The notes under the pieces were generated by a model. That model did not search any database. It was not told where the DNA came from and worked only from the letters and a program-made list of their open reading frames with translations. Of a DNA stretch of 64,000 nt, positions 1 through 13,446 are shown piece after piece (positions within the stretch are counted from its first letter, which is position 1; each line of letters starts with the position of its first letter). This stretch comes from Eledone cirrhosa (Eukaryota), in assembly GCA_964016885.1 (NCBI GenBank), contig OZ024758.1, positions 20,088,001 through 20,152,000 on the forward strand. Direction: 5' to 3'. A program made the position numbers and the translations under genes.

Positions 1-166
1 ATACATACATACATACATACATACATACATACCTGACAACAACTGGTACTCTTGTTCACCTTCGAGTCAAAAACGATTTTTACTTGGATTTAACTGCTTT
101 CTCTCCTTATAGTCTCTTGTACTGTATTTACCATTATCGTTTTATTACATAACTATTATAAAATAT

Positions 167-224
167 ACACCTGATGATGTCACCAGGATCATTTGTAACA
201 TGGCCACTGAAATGTACATAGTGT
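167..224 (+). ncRNA. Minimal type-I hammerhead ribozyme motif (PLE-type)
   Basis: Stem I ACAC(167-170)/GTGT(221-224); core CTGATGA 171-177; imperfect stem II GTCACCA/TGGCCAC; GAAA 209-212; palindromic stem III A-TGTACA-T; AUA cleavage triplet ending at 220. Confidence 0.7.
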
Positions 225-419
225 TTGCTGACATGGATCTTGATTGAGTTTTATAAATATTACAAATCCTGTAAATCATTTGTGAGGTGCATCCTCATTT
301 CACCGAATGTACAGAATTTCAGTATTCTGACTAATGAGAGAGAGATAAGACAGGAGAAAACCTATCTTATGCAATTAAGCGATATATCAAAATTACGTAA
401 TTTGTAAATGTTAGTAGAG

Positions 420-2415
420 TCTTAAACTAGGAAATGTTTAGTATAATCCGATAAGGTTGCTATCGATTATCGATATACTTCACATTGATACATTGAAGAA
501 GACGAACTGCTATTAACATTGAACTAAAAGGAAAACAATTGGAACAAAAATGTAGATAGTAACACTGGGTATATATGAAAACACCGAACTGTATATGCTA
601 GAGGAATGAGGGTTGATCATTGAGAGAAGTTTGAGGAGTTGGGAATCTATATTTATATTTAAAGCGAGTCACTTCTTGGTCTCTATCGAGAAATATATAT
701 ATATTCCTCTCCAAAATAGTTAACTCAAAAAGAAATTGCCCATAACCGAATGAAAATATACAATATGACATAGAAATGGATATCCTTTCTATTTTGTTAA
801 TTGCAGCCCAGACTTTGGACAATATCCTCTTTTGATGAACACATTCAGCTATCAAAATATACGAAATCGGCAACTTTGTTTACTATTCCACGATCCAATG
901 TTACACGATTTTCTCTCTCATGGAAACATTTATTTATAGACAAATATTCCTGGCAGAAATTTCGAATTTATATAGAAGTTATTGAGATTGATCTATGGCG
1001 TTTGATAGAAGCGTTTTGTCAGCAGCAAAATCTTGATTACGTGTAACAGTGTGAAGGCTTTGTTTACATATCCTTTGCATCAATGTAAAGCCACGATGTT
1101 GTTCATTAACAATAGCTTTCTTCATGTCATAATCCAGAGCGATTATGAAAAGATACATTGCCAATATCTCACCTTGAACGACACCCGCTACGAATATTAA
1201 AAACATTGCTCTCACCAGCACAATAGAGGACTTGGGCTTTCTTGATTATGTAAAGTAAATTTATGGCAGAAACTATTGCATCAAGTATACCACATGAGAC
1301 TAAGATTGATACGAGCTATTAATCGTGGATTGTATCAAAAGCCTTTTTGAAGTCAATGAAAGTTAGTTCAGCCTTTAGATTCTTTCATCTGACGGCCTCT
1401 GGCTTCCTCTGCAGTTTCAACAAATGTGAGGCATTCGAACGATGCTGCTTGAAACCATTTTGATTTATTCTGAGATTCAGGTCTAGATGTTGTCATATGA
1501 TGTTTAGTAGCATTATGTAACATGTTTTAGCTGCAACCACTGTCAAAGTAATACCTCTTTAATTTTCTGTAAATCTTATGTCACCCTTCGTATTTAGAGG
1601 CAATATTAATCTTTTTTTTTACAGATTTTCCATACATCTCCTTTTAACATATTTTGGCAGATCTTAAACTGCTCATTATCCATGCATACGTTCCATACTT
1701 CTGTGCTATATTTCCCAAATCTCACAGCGTTGTTGTTTTGTGTGGACTCGATTACATCTTTCAACTACCGTATTTTAAAATCACAAACATCAGCTGATAT
1801 TGGGTCAAAAACCTTGCCAATATGGTATTCATCTACCCAGAGATGTTGTCCAGAAACATTGCAAAATACTCCTTCCGAAATGTTCAGCTTTTCTTTTAGT
1901 GTTGATAACACTCCATTCAAGCTGAGTTTTTCGATTTACGGGTGTGTTATGAAGTAGCTCTACTTTCTCATTAATGTAGCCTTCTTCTTCTTTGATACAC
2001 ATTTCATCAAGATTTCTATTAGATTCCACAATAAGCTGTTTCTTTATTTTAGTCGAACGAATGATGTGTTCAGAACAGGCACTGTTTAATGCGTTCTTTT
2101 TCCTTACTACTACCTAGTTGCCGCATGGGATATTCTGCTATGCCTAGCGTGGTTTCAAAGACAGGTGCAATTCTGATGCCTTTGTATGTGACTCAGTTAT
2201 GTTTTCATATTTTATGTGGGCAGAGTTGTCTAGAGTTGTCTTAAGATGGTCTTGACGAACATGGTGTCAGTTAATAATGTCAACTGTATAATTTTGCCTG
2301 CCGTTCTTGTGTGTAGTAATGTTAAGTCAAAGGGAATTCTCTTTGTCTTGTTAGTTCTATGTATCACAGACAAAATAAGAATATCCGGTTTATTTTCTAA
2401 AGTATAACGAAGGTA
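420..2415 (-). mobile_element. Decayed RTE-like LINE ORF2 (APE endonuclease + reverse transcriptase), pseudogenised
   Basis: Minus-strand RT motifs in order, broken by stops and frameshifts: N*RGITLT (~1550), RINQNGFK (~1465), TFIDFKKAFDTIH (~1325-1365), AGVVQGEILAMYLFIIALDY..GFTL (ORF 979-1221), DFAAD (~1020), FKY/WAAINKIER thumb region (ORF 598-873). A KPDILIL segment near 2380 resembles an APE N-terminus. Boundaries approximate. Confidence 0.85.
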
Positions 2416-2435
2416 TGATTATATATATATATATA

Positions 2436-3060
2436 TTAGTATTAATAAAATAGATGTTCTTTTGATCAATTACATTTTATTATACATATTTCGGATGTAC
2501 AACAGTACGTCCACATCAGACGAAATATAATGATACATGACATACCCTGAGATGTTATATGGTTAAGATTTAATAAAGGTAGTGATTAACCTAGGAGAAG
2601 ATTTAATTTATATCCCGTCTATGAGAGAATGCGAAAACGTAATACATTCATTAGAGAATGTGTGAATAAGAAAAAACGTTGCATACTGTAATTGTTCTAA
2701 AAGTGTTAAAGTGTATGCTACTATGATATATCTAGGAAAACGTTTCATGAATCATAACAGCCAGTGATAGCCACTGGAAAATGATTCATAAATAGGGAAA
2801 AATATATTTTTTTTTTTATATGTAGAAGGAGGTTTTTTTGAAAGTTAAACGGTCAAATTTGAAAATATTTAATTCATAATATTAGTGTAAAAACTCCAGA
2901 TTTAAGGATTATTTGCTGGTTATTTATATATTATTTGTATAAATTCGATAAGTGTGTTATTATTTATAAACTTCTGAATTTTAAGAGTAACATTTAAGGG
3001 ATTTAGCTGACACATACAGGGTATGTCATGTATCATTATATTTTGTCTGATGAGGGCATC
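2436..3060 (-). mobile_element. Probable Penelope-like element 3' remnant with hammerhead and short inverted pLTR piece
   Basis: Begins next to (TA)n. 2514-2549 is the reverse complement of 3017-3051 (cagggtatgtcatgtatcattatatttYgtctgatg). Contains an HHR at 2471-2529. The minus strand shows weak GIY-YIG-like remnants (KSGVF, TLLEQLQ). Confidence 0.5.
2471..2529 (-). ncRNA. Type-I hammerhead ribozyme motif (A9 substituted in this copy)
   Basis: Minus strand reads tatatttcgt-CTGATGT-GGACGTAC tgtt GTACATCC-GAAA-TATGTA-TA-ataaaatgta. The inverted partial copy at 3038-3054 retains intact CTGATGA. Confidence 0.65.
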
Positions 3061-3153
3061 TATTTTAATAATACTAATATTAATAACTCCTGAAATATAT
3101 TTTTACCGTTGAGTGCTTCCAATCTACTGTAAAACTCATTTTTTGACATTATC

Positions 3154-3266
3154 TTCAAATTCCGCCGAGGTTGACTTTGCCTTTCATCCTTACGGGGTCG
3201 ATAAAATAAAGTACCAGTACTGAACTGGATAATTGCTGGCCTTGTGCCTAAAGTAGAAACAATTAT
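3154..3266 (+). mobile_element. tRNA-derived SINE family A, 5'-truncated
   Basis: Matches the core shared by about 18 copies: aaatYccgccgaggttgactttgcctttcatccttacggggtcgataaaataaagtaccagt...ttgctggccttgtgcctaaagtagaaacaattat. Confidence 0.9.
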
Positions 3267-3792
3267 CTTCGAATATTGTTTAACAACTTCATATATATAT
3301 ATATATCTCTGAAGATATATATGTGTGTGTGCGTTTGTGGTCAAGTATATATCCCCGTAAGGCAGGGTGTAGACAACACGTGGATTTCCTTCGCTTCGTA
3401 ATCTATATTATCAAACTGTAGATTTATAATTACCATTCTTTTACGTCATGCACACTGAATGAGCAACTATGTCTTTTAAAATTTGTCAAAACAAATCTGA
3501 CAAACAAATAGCCCCTTATCCATATAAATGCCTGTATTACTCGTATGTTAATACTTAAAATAACTGTTTATATCTTTCAGAAATCTCAAATTATGAAGGT
3601 AATAATCTCTATTTACTTATTTATTACCGGTAATGTCGTGGAAACACAGTTTACGTTACAATCTATTGTTTACCATATATTTACTTTAGATATAAGCAGT
3701 AAATTGCTAGGTATCTATATACATACAAACACCGAGCCACAAACATATACAAATATGAATACCCTCCCCACACACACACACACACATATCTC

Positions 3793-3833
<41 letters not shown>

Positions 3834-5155
3834 TATATATATATATATATATATAGATATAGATATATATATAGACATATGCATCTGTGTATGCATATAT
3901 GTCGTGTAATGAGTTATATATTTATTCTTTTGCAGTGATACGTTTCCAAAATAATTCATTTTGTATATATATATTAATTACTTTTGTGACACAGTTATTT
4001 ATTGCATATCATATAAATATTTCTCATCTCTAATTACTTTTCTCTACCTTACAACATAAACTTTTCAACCATCTTTCTCTCCTTCCTGTCACAAACATTT
4101 CTCACTCTCCCACCCCATGCCGGTCTCTCTCTTTCTCTCCCACCTTAACCCCTCTGTCTCTCTTTCACTCTCTCTCTTACCACCTCCGTTATATACAATG
4201 TCTCACTCCCGGCCTCTATTAATTACCTCACCTTTTCTCCCAACACTTAACTTCTCCCTTGTTTTCCTGCAATCTACCTTTACTTTAACTCCCACATTTA
4301 ATTATCATCTATTCTCGCTATCTCTCGTTTCGCGAAACGACACTAACTCTAATTATACTCCTGTTTATTCTGCTTCATCCTACTCCTTCTCATTCTCCTT
4401 GTCTGTTTCACTGGGTGATACTTCTGCTCTGTCTCATGTCATACCCCGTATCACACTTCACTATCCCCATATTCCCTACTAGCCTTTATCCTTTTCTCTC
4501 TTTGTTTCGCTCAAAATAATCATCCAACAGAGGAAACGTATAAAAATTGGCCACACGCCGGACGGAATAGCACAAAACTCTGCATACAATATTCAACAAA
4601 ACCGATTAACTGAAGAGCAGAATACTATGAGACTATCATAGAATTTACGGAACCGCCTGATTCTGGAGTCAGGAAATTACCTTGGTTGTCGTAGGACCAT
4701 TGCAGAAGAAAAGGCTATAAACAATAAATCATTCCCGTCTATATTGTTATCAAACCACATCGGGAGATATTGAATAATATATTGGAGTATAATGGAAATA
4801 ATATAAAGGATATCGCATGTTCCATTAATGTTCATGAGTGGTAGATAGCTGCCAATGCAGATAATGTAAAGACAAAGACAACTTCAAAGCACCAGGAGCC
4901 AAACCATGTGAAGTAAAAGTGTAACCTATATTTGAAAAGAATGAAGTGCCGCTAGAAAAAAAAACAATCACGCAAACAGATGATAGTTAGTAGTGACAGG
5001 TAACAAAAGAAGAAATGTGTAGCTCCTCGTGAACAGAACATGCTGTACCTTGAAAACTATGGCTGGCTGTCGATTTTGCTGCGGCAAGATACAGTGCGAG
5101 TGAAGCCCAATCTGCACATTGCAAGTACTCCTGCTGTAACCAGCAAGGGCACACT

Positions 5156-5338
5156 CCCAAGAAGCAAAGTTCACTGTCTCCGTCCAAGGAATATGATGTT
5201 GTTTCCTGTATTACCCCGAGGAAAATCATTTAAATACAATACATATTCCCAAGAAGCAAAGTTCACTGTCTCCGGCCAATAAATATGATGTTGTTTCCTG
5301 TATAACCCGAGGAAAATCATTTAAATACAGTACATATT
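5156..5338 (+). repeat. Tandem duplication of a ~92-bp unit
   Basis: cccaagaagcaaagttcactgtctccg...gaggaaaatcatttaaataca.tacatatt occurs at 5156 and again at 5248. Confidence 0.9.
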
Positions 5339-6688
5339 GTAGCTTTTGATCAATAATCTATTAAACAAGGCACACACTGACTTAGTTAGTCTAAGTGCAG
5401 AACCAGTTTCTAGTTAACCTGCAACAAAGACAACAAAAAAGAGTGTGGCTACCATTGATAACCACAGATGGCATATCCCATATCCATACCATTGTTACAG
5501 CACTGTTACAGCGAAATATCATTAACCTAGTAAAACTTAAGAGCTTCACGAGAATCCCTCCTCCTAAGACAACTTGCCACATGCAATCAAGAAATGTGTA
5601 TGTCCATTAAAGTTAAATATAAAAAAAAAACTGGAATCCGATCAAGGTCAAACCAGGGAATTAGGAAGCAGGGTCACGGGTCATTTACTGGTAACGATTA
5701 CAGGATTAAATTGCTAACATGTTTCGTATTTATTCTTTTAGCTGATGGAAATAATTGTATTTGAAGTTATTGAAACCATCATGACACAAAGATAAGATTT
5801 CTTCCGTTCCAAAGCCATTCTTTCAAATGTCTCTTAGGTCTATTTCTTGTTGAACAATTACTTATCAGCTTATTTTGAACCTGAGCCATAGACGTCTAAC
5901 ATTTATAGAACCATTATCAAGCAGTCAGTTCAAAGCTACTTACTCAAACGGCTTACGTGTTTATTCGTAGCCGAACGAGTAATTTCCAGCTTGTCTTTTC
6001 ACTCGAGCCATGTCTTCCAACATTTCTATATCCACTATCATGCTGTCGGTTAATGAGCACTTATGGTGTTCTTTCGTCATTCAGTCTGATGGCAAGACCA
6101 GATTAGCGCAGTTGTGATTATATAAGAAAGATTTGAATGTCTCAATGTTCGCTCTTATTGAAATCGGTAACCTTATATATTTCATCTTCGCATCTGTCCC
6201 AACAGATTAATAAAGAATAACCACAAAGGAATATATCTAGTTGGGGTATGTGTGACATATATAAAGACAACGTTCTCATTCATATAAGTGTGGTCAGCAC
6301 AACAGCTATATTAACCTATATCTTGGTGTCCAAATGTTTTGGACCTTTTATTCAACAGGCGATGACAGAGCATGCTAAATGCACTCGTAGGATTACTAAT
6401 AGGATTGATTACTTGTTAGCCAGAGATGCATTCCAGGTCAAATCACTGCAAAGATACGTGAATTATTTCACAAACTTCAGATTCTGCTTATCTCCTTTTA
6501 TAGGGATGTCTGGTTACTTGTCACTTTGTGGGCTTTTTTGTTTGACATTCTATTTTTGTCTGGATATAGAGCATGGCTGCTTGATCCACTGTTAATTCAT
6601 TAATCTGATGAATATAAATATATGTATGTATATATATATGAATGTATATATATGTTATGTCAGGTCATATGAATGTGTATATATGTTA

Positions 6689-7289
6689 TGTCAGGTCACC
6701 AGTTGTTGCTACTGGTAACATGTATCCCAGTACAACCTGTCTCATGGTCGGGTCGTTGGCGACTAAACTGGCAACCCCACCAAGGTTTCTTGGTGAGGAG
6801 AGTGACTTTGGACATCCTGCAGGACTAAAAACAAAACCTGTCTAAGAGCAAAGGAGCTCTTAAGAGTCAATAGCCATCCCAAATCACAGGGAGAGATGAC
6901 CCCTTAGCCTTTGTGAAGGCAGAATTCTAGGAGAAGGAACATTCTGATATAACATCTGCAACCCTGATGGTATCCAATGATGTTGACTTGTTCTTCTTTT
7001 TGGTAAATATCATCTTGGTTAAATATCATCTTTGTGCAGTGCGTTTGCTCACTATAAAAGCTCATGGTACAGGCATTCCTTTATATCTGGAGATCTCTCT
7101 GCACTTGTCGTCACATGGTACCATAGGCCCAGCACTATGAGTCAATAATTGTCACAAGTGTAGTGTTTGAACCAGAGTTTTCAAGTCGCTGGCTGGACTA
7201 AAATGTCACACTCGTTCAGCGCATCGTTAAGGGTTCTCCTACATGGATATAAAATAGTGGCCGTACTCGAAAACGAGTTGGCAGCCACC

Positions 7290-7290
<1 letters not shown>
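6689..7290 (+). mobile_element. ~600-bp interspersed repeat, copy 1 (non-autonomous retroelement or LTR-like)
   Basis: Colinear with 8355-8939, from tgtcaggtcaccagttg to gcagccacca; flanked by (TA)n; begins TG and ends CA. Confidence 0.8.
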
Positions 7291-7321
<31 letters not shown>

Positions 7322-7331
7322 CTATATGTAG

Positions 7332-7386
<55 letters not shown>

Positions 7387-7528
7387 TACATATAGATACA
7401 TATATATATATATATATGTATGTATGTATGTATTTATATGTACGTATGTATATGTATGTATGTATGTCTGTGTATGTATGCATATGCATGTATGTGTATA
7501 TATATATATATATATTTATATATGCATA

Positions 7529-7577
<49 letters not shown>

Positions 7578-7632
7578 GCATATATATGTATATATATATA
7601 TATACATATATATGTATATATGTATATGTATG

Positions 7633-7679
<47 letters not shown>

Positions 7680-7752
7680 ATGTATGTATGTATATATGTA
7701 TATATATATATTTATATACATATATATGTATATATATGTATGTATATACATG

Positions 7753-7783
<31 letters not shown>

Positions 7784-7850
7784 GTATGTATATATGTATA
7801 TATATATATTTATATACATATATATGTATATATATGTATGTATATACATG

Positions 7851-7883
<33 letters not shown>

Positions 7884-8042
7884 GTGTGTATGTATATATA
7901 TGTATATATGTGTATTCATATGTATATATGTGTATATATATATACATATATATATATATGTATGTATATGTATGTATGTATATATATGTATGTAAATATA
8001 TATGTATTTATATGTATGTATATATATATATGTATGTATAGG

Positions 8043-8074
<32 letters not shown>

Positions 8075-8088
8075 TATGTATTTATCTG

Positions 8089-8119
<31 letters not shown>

Positions 8120-8121
8120 GA

Positions 8122-8156
<35 letters not shown>
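7291..8156. repeat. Long compound (TA)n/(TATG)n microsatellite
   Basis: Directly visible; source of the YIYI-type ORFs. Confidence 0.95.
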
Positions 8157-8157
<1 letters not shown>

Positions 8158-8285
8158 CGAAGGAAATGTGGTAAGGAACCAGGTGGACCATAACGCACGA
8201 AAGTACTCAATACTTGAGGTAGTAGAGTGGGTAATAGGAACCAGTATATATATATATATATATATATAGTGGGTAATAGGAACCA

Positions 8286-8290
<5 letters not shown>
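8157..8290 (-). mobile_element. Hairpin family H fragment (tail only), with a short internal re-duplication separated by (TA)n
   Basis: aacgaaggaaatgtggtaaggaaccaggtggaccataacgcac...gtgggtaataggaaccagta matches 49569-49657. The piece gtgggtaataggaaccagta recurs at 8269-8288. Confidence 0.85.
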
Positions 8291-8354
<64 letters not shown>

Positions 8355-8939
8355 TGTCAGGTCACCAGTTGGTGCTACTGGTAACATGTATTCCAGTACA
8401 ACCTGTCCCATCGTCGGGTTGTTGGCGAATAAACTGGCAACCCCACCAAGGTTTCATGGTGAGGAGGGTGACTTCGGACATCCTGCAGGACTAAAAACAA
8501 AACCTGTCAAAGGGCAAATGAGCTCTTAAGAGTCAAAGGCCATCCAAAGTCACCGGCCGATATGACCCCTTATCCTTTGTGAAAGCAGCATTCTAGGAAA
8601 AGGAAAACTCTGATATAACATCTGCAACCCTGATGGTATCCAATGATGTTGATTTATTCTTCTTTTTGGTAAATATCATCTTGGTTAAGAGAGTAGAACT
8701 GGCTTTGTGCAGTGCCTTTGCTCACTATTAAAGCTTCACGTCACAAGCATTGCTTTATATCTGGAGATATCTCTGCACTTGTCGTCACATGGTACCATGG
8801 GCCCAGCACCGTGTCAATAATTGTCACAAGTTTAGTGTTTGTACCAGACTTTTTAAGTCTCTGGCTGGACTAAAAAGTCACACTCGTTCAACGCATCGGT
8901 AGAGGTTCTCCTACATGGATATAAAGTTGCCAGCCACCA
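8355..8939 (+). mobile_element. ~590-bp interspersed repeat, copy 2
   Basis: Direct-orientation homologue of 6689-7290 with scattered substitutions and small indels; flanked by (TA)n. Confidence 0.8.
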
Positions 8940-8940
8940 T

Positions 8941-8994
<54 letters not shown>

Positions 8995-9193
8995 AGATAA
9001 GCAGAACAAGTAAAATTCAACTAATTTTTCAAAATAAATCAAAATTAATATACAACTAAAATTAATCAAAATTAAAAAATATAATATTAATATATTTACC
9101 TATTCAAATGGCCCTCACTGTACAGTTTCACGGTGCAAAACGTTAAATATCACGAGGATATTAATGGAAAAGCAACGATCATCTATATGTATA

Positions 9194-9237
<44 letters not shown>

Positions 9238-9251
9238 TATATATATATATA

Positions 9252-9435
<184 letters not shown>

Positions 9436-9576
9436 CTTTCACATGCTTTTTTCTGATAAAGGACTATCCGAAACGTCAAGACCCTCTTCCTGCTGTATCA
9501 AGCGTTAACCTAATATATCCCTTCCACCCTTCCATATACTCTAGCAATTGTGTTGTTATTTCTGTTTACCTTTTAC
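9436..9576 (+). mobile_element. HHR-bearing short repeat family P, copy 1 (core variant CTGATAA)
   Basis: tttt-CTGATAA-AGGA cta TCC-GAAA-CGTC-aaga at 9449-9481. Ends ...gttatttctgtttaccttttac then (AC)n. Homologous to 41592-41753 and 58862-59028. Confidence 0.75.
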
Positions 9577-10006
9577 ACACACACACACATACACACACGC
9601 ACACACACACACACACATACTTATATATATATATATATATATATAAGTATGGAACCACGTGCTCGTGTGTGACATTGTGTGTGTGTATGCGTCACTGTGT
9701 GTGTCTGTGTGTAAGTACGCATTTAAAACGTAAAATCCTGTATGGTAGCCATGCAGTTTCAGCTTGTTTTTCAAAGTTCCTTAAAGGTACTGGGCTTAAG
9801 AAATCGCATTGCTCGCGGTTGCCATCATATTTCTTCCATATACACCTTTTCCATCTCCCTATGAATCCAGACCACCCAGATTTATTGCCTTCTTGCCTTT
9901 GCATAACCTTTTATATATAAATATATGTACACATGTAAATATATATACATATATATATATTTAATGTAAATACACACTTTCCCACACACACGTGTTTGTG
10001 ACTACA

Positions 10007-10059
<53 letters not shown>

Positions 10060-10073
10060 ATACACAAACACAC

Positions 10074-10143
<70 letters not shown>

Positions 10144-10400
10144 ATATATATATTTATTTATATATATATATATTTATTTATATATATATATATATTTATA
10201 TATATTTATATATATATATATATATATACATATATACACATATATATACATATACATGTGTGTGTGAGAGTACGTTTGGGCACTTGTGTTTCCCTTTGCG
10301 CGTGTGTTTGTGTGTGTATTTATATATGTATATATATATATATGTTTATATATAAATATATACATATCCATATAAATATATACATATCCACACAAAAACG

Positions 10401-10483
<83 letters not shown>

Positions 10484-10726
10484 GTATATATATATGAATA
10501 TATACATACATATATACATACATATACTACATACATATATTCAACGATATACGTACGTCATCTAACACACAACTACCAAGTATTTCTCTGACTACTGTTT
10601 GTGGTTATTAAAGCAAAGCATATACACCTATCAACGTTATTGCTAGCCATGTAACATCGTTCTTTCAACATGACGCATACTCACGTACATGCATGCACAG
10701 ACGCACACGCACGCATTATATATATT

Positions 10727-11494
10727 TCTCTCTTATTTTCATCCTATCTCTCTATCTCATGCGCGCCTTCTATCATTCTCTCTCTTTCTCTCTGTCAACC
10801 TGTCTCTGAATATACTTCCTCTATATGTCGCCCGGTCTCCGAATGACGCTTTCTTTTTCTATTACTTGCTTTCGTTCATTCGTCTCTCTCTCCCACTCTA
10901 TTTCTCACTCTTTCCTTCTACATCTTCTCCTTCTCTCTCTCTTCCTATCACTATATTCACACAACTCCCCCTTTCCTCTACATCACTATCTTCCCCAACT
11001 TCACCTTCTACCACAGTGACTATCTTGTCATGGAATCGTTTATAAGGTAAGTCTTACCTCGTCATTGTATACCGTATATCTTTCTATATAGTATTCCTCT
11101 CTACATATATCCCTCCACGTTCTATATGTCGTTCTGTTATGGACGGTTTGTTTTACCTAGCTTTACCTAAGCATCTATCAATCGTTCGCTTGTTCTATCG
11201 TTTTCTTATTCGCTACCTCATTTCACCTTTCCGCTTTCTATTCATATATCGCTCACTCGCTCATTTTTCTGTTCTTCTTTACCTTCTTCTCTTTTGTTTT
11301 ATTATATTATTTGTCTACTTCTTTGCTTTTTCGTTGTCATTCGAATTTTCTTTCGATTATTAATAATATCATTCAAGCCTTTAATTTTATATTTCTAATA
11401 AATTTTAAAGTTTGTTTTTCATTTTTTTCTCTTCTCTTTACTCATCTTCAGAATTCTTCTTTCTGTCATTCCCTCTGCCTAGCCCCCTCCCCTC

Positions 11495-11549
<55 letters not shown>

Positions 11550-11598
11550 ATCTCCTCTCTCCCTATCACCCCTCCCTCTCTCTCTCTATCTCTATCTC

Positions 11599-11635
<37 letters not shown>

Positions 11636-12204
11636 GTCGTTCTTCTCAACTAACTAACAACTATCTTTCATTCATTCTTTCTTTCTTTTTTAACTACCTG
11701 ATCAAACCAAACTAGTTGAATGTTGTATCCCCTTAACTAATCTTTCATTCATATGTCAGTCGTTCTTTCAGTTTTACTATATTTTCATTCTTCATACATC
11801 TAACTACCTGTGTTAGATTCCTTTCTACATCCGGCATTTTATTCTGTCTTTCCATCCTTCCATTTATTTGTTCTCTACTTCTCTCTCATTCGCCTCTTCT
11901 TTCGTTCCTCTTAACTGCTCACCTAGTCTTTCTCCTTTACTTTCACTTTCTCTACCGTTGTATGTTTATTTCATTAATTATTTCGTTCATTCTGAGGTAA
12001 TTCTTTCCTTCAACGGGTTAGTACTAATTTTATTCATTCTAACGTGATTCCATTCTTTCATTCCTTCGTTCATTCTTACGTTCGTTCACTGTTTGTTTAT
12101 CTCTTACTCGTCATTCTCTTCTTATTCCCCTTCTTTATCTCTACTTATCGAGCATGTATACATACTCTAATTCAACACAAATCCATGCACACACAAACAC
12201 ATAC

Positions 12205-12293
<89 letters not shown>

Positions 12294-12720
12294 CATATAC
12301 TTATGAATATATATATATATATATTCAGACATGTGTATGTTTGTATGCATGTGTGTATGAGTTTGTTTCATATTATCCTAATATTATTATACAATATACA
12401 TATTATTCATGTTATTCCGTTGTTATACATAATACATCTATATTTTTATTGCGCTATATCACTAATTGATTTGTCAGTTGTATTTTGATATATTCATTCC
12501 TTTTCTTTCCATCTAGTTCTTTCTGTCTACCTTTGTTACTTTTATTATATATTTCCTTTTTCATCTCCTTTTTTACCTCTCGTCTTTTCCTCCTCAAAAT
12601 CTCTGTTTTATTCTTTCCATCTTTGAATTTCTACAACATTCTCTACTTAAACTATCTTCTTTTCCTTACTGTTAATATTTCGTTCACTTTTTGTTCCCTT
12701 ATTCGTTATTTCTTTCTTTA
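10727..12720 (+). repeat. ~2-kb pyrimidine-rich low-complexity tract including (CT)n and a (TA)n run
   Basis: Strong C/T strand bias directly visible. Confidence 0.8.
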
Positions 12721-13399
12721 AATTCATTAATATCATATAATCATTCATATATATATCATCTCTGAAAGAGGTGTATATGACTTTGTTGTTGCTCAAACTA
12801 CTCTAAATAACAGCCAAGTTTCCTTTAAACCACACACTAAAGAATTATATATTCATACGACTCTCTAGGTTATGTTGTTCTATTTAACCCTAAAACTTAA
12901 AAAAAAAGAGATATAATGGTCATGGTTCGGTTGTTGCTTAATATAATTTAAATACTTTTCAAACAGGGTTGAGCAAGTACGAAAGAACGTCAACATAACC
13001 GATCACCCTTTTGCGCTGTTATTATTTAATTCTGTATCAATAGCTTAAATAGATATGTATAATGCTGTTTACTGTGTTAACAAATTCCTCTTTCCCTACA
13101 TACGTTTTCTTCTATCCGTGTATCATATCTGTATCATTTTGACTATTGATAACATTTTTGGTTAGCTTCGAGATGCATGTTTGTTTCCCTCATAGGTATA
13201 ACAAAGTACCAGTTATATACTTTACCTTAATCTCTTCTCGATGTTATATTTTCCTTTTTAAATAAACAAACATACTCATAAATAAACGATGGAATGTCAG
13301 AACCAGTCCGATATTTACACTTGGAAATAATATAAAATGAAAAAAAAAATAATATATAATATATATATATATATATACATACAACACATATACACACAC

Positions 13400-13446
<47 letters not shown>

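Noticed and set aside
4600-5600. Possible LINE ORF1/gag zinc-knuckle remnants (FK.QEPNH..KC; CCNQQGH)
   Set aside because: Too degenerate and frameshifted to support by eye; needs a frameshift-aware protein search.
7316-8174. Long ORFs (241-252 aa) rich in Y/I/C/V/M, and similar ORFs at 16619, 33786 and 54839
   Set aside because: Translations of (TA)n/(TG)n/(CA)n microsatellites, which lack stops by composition; no domain signal.
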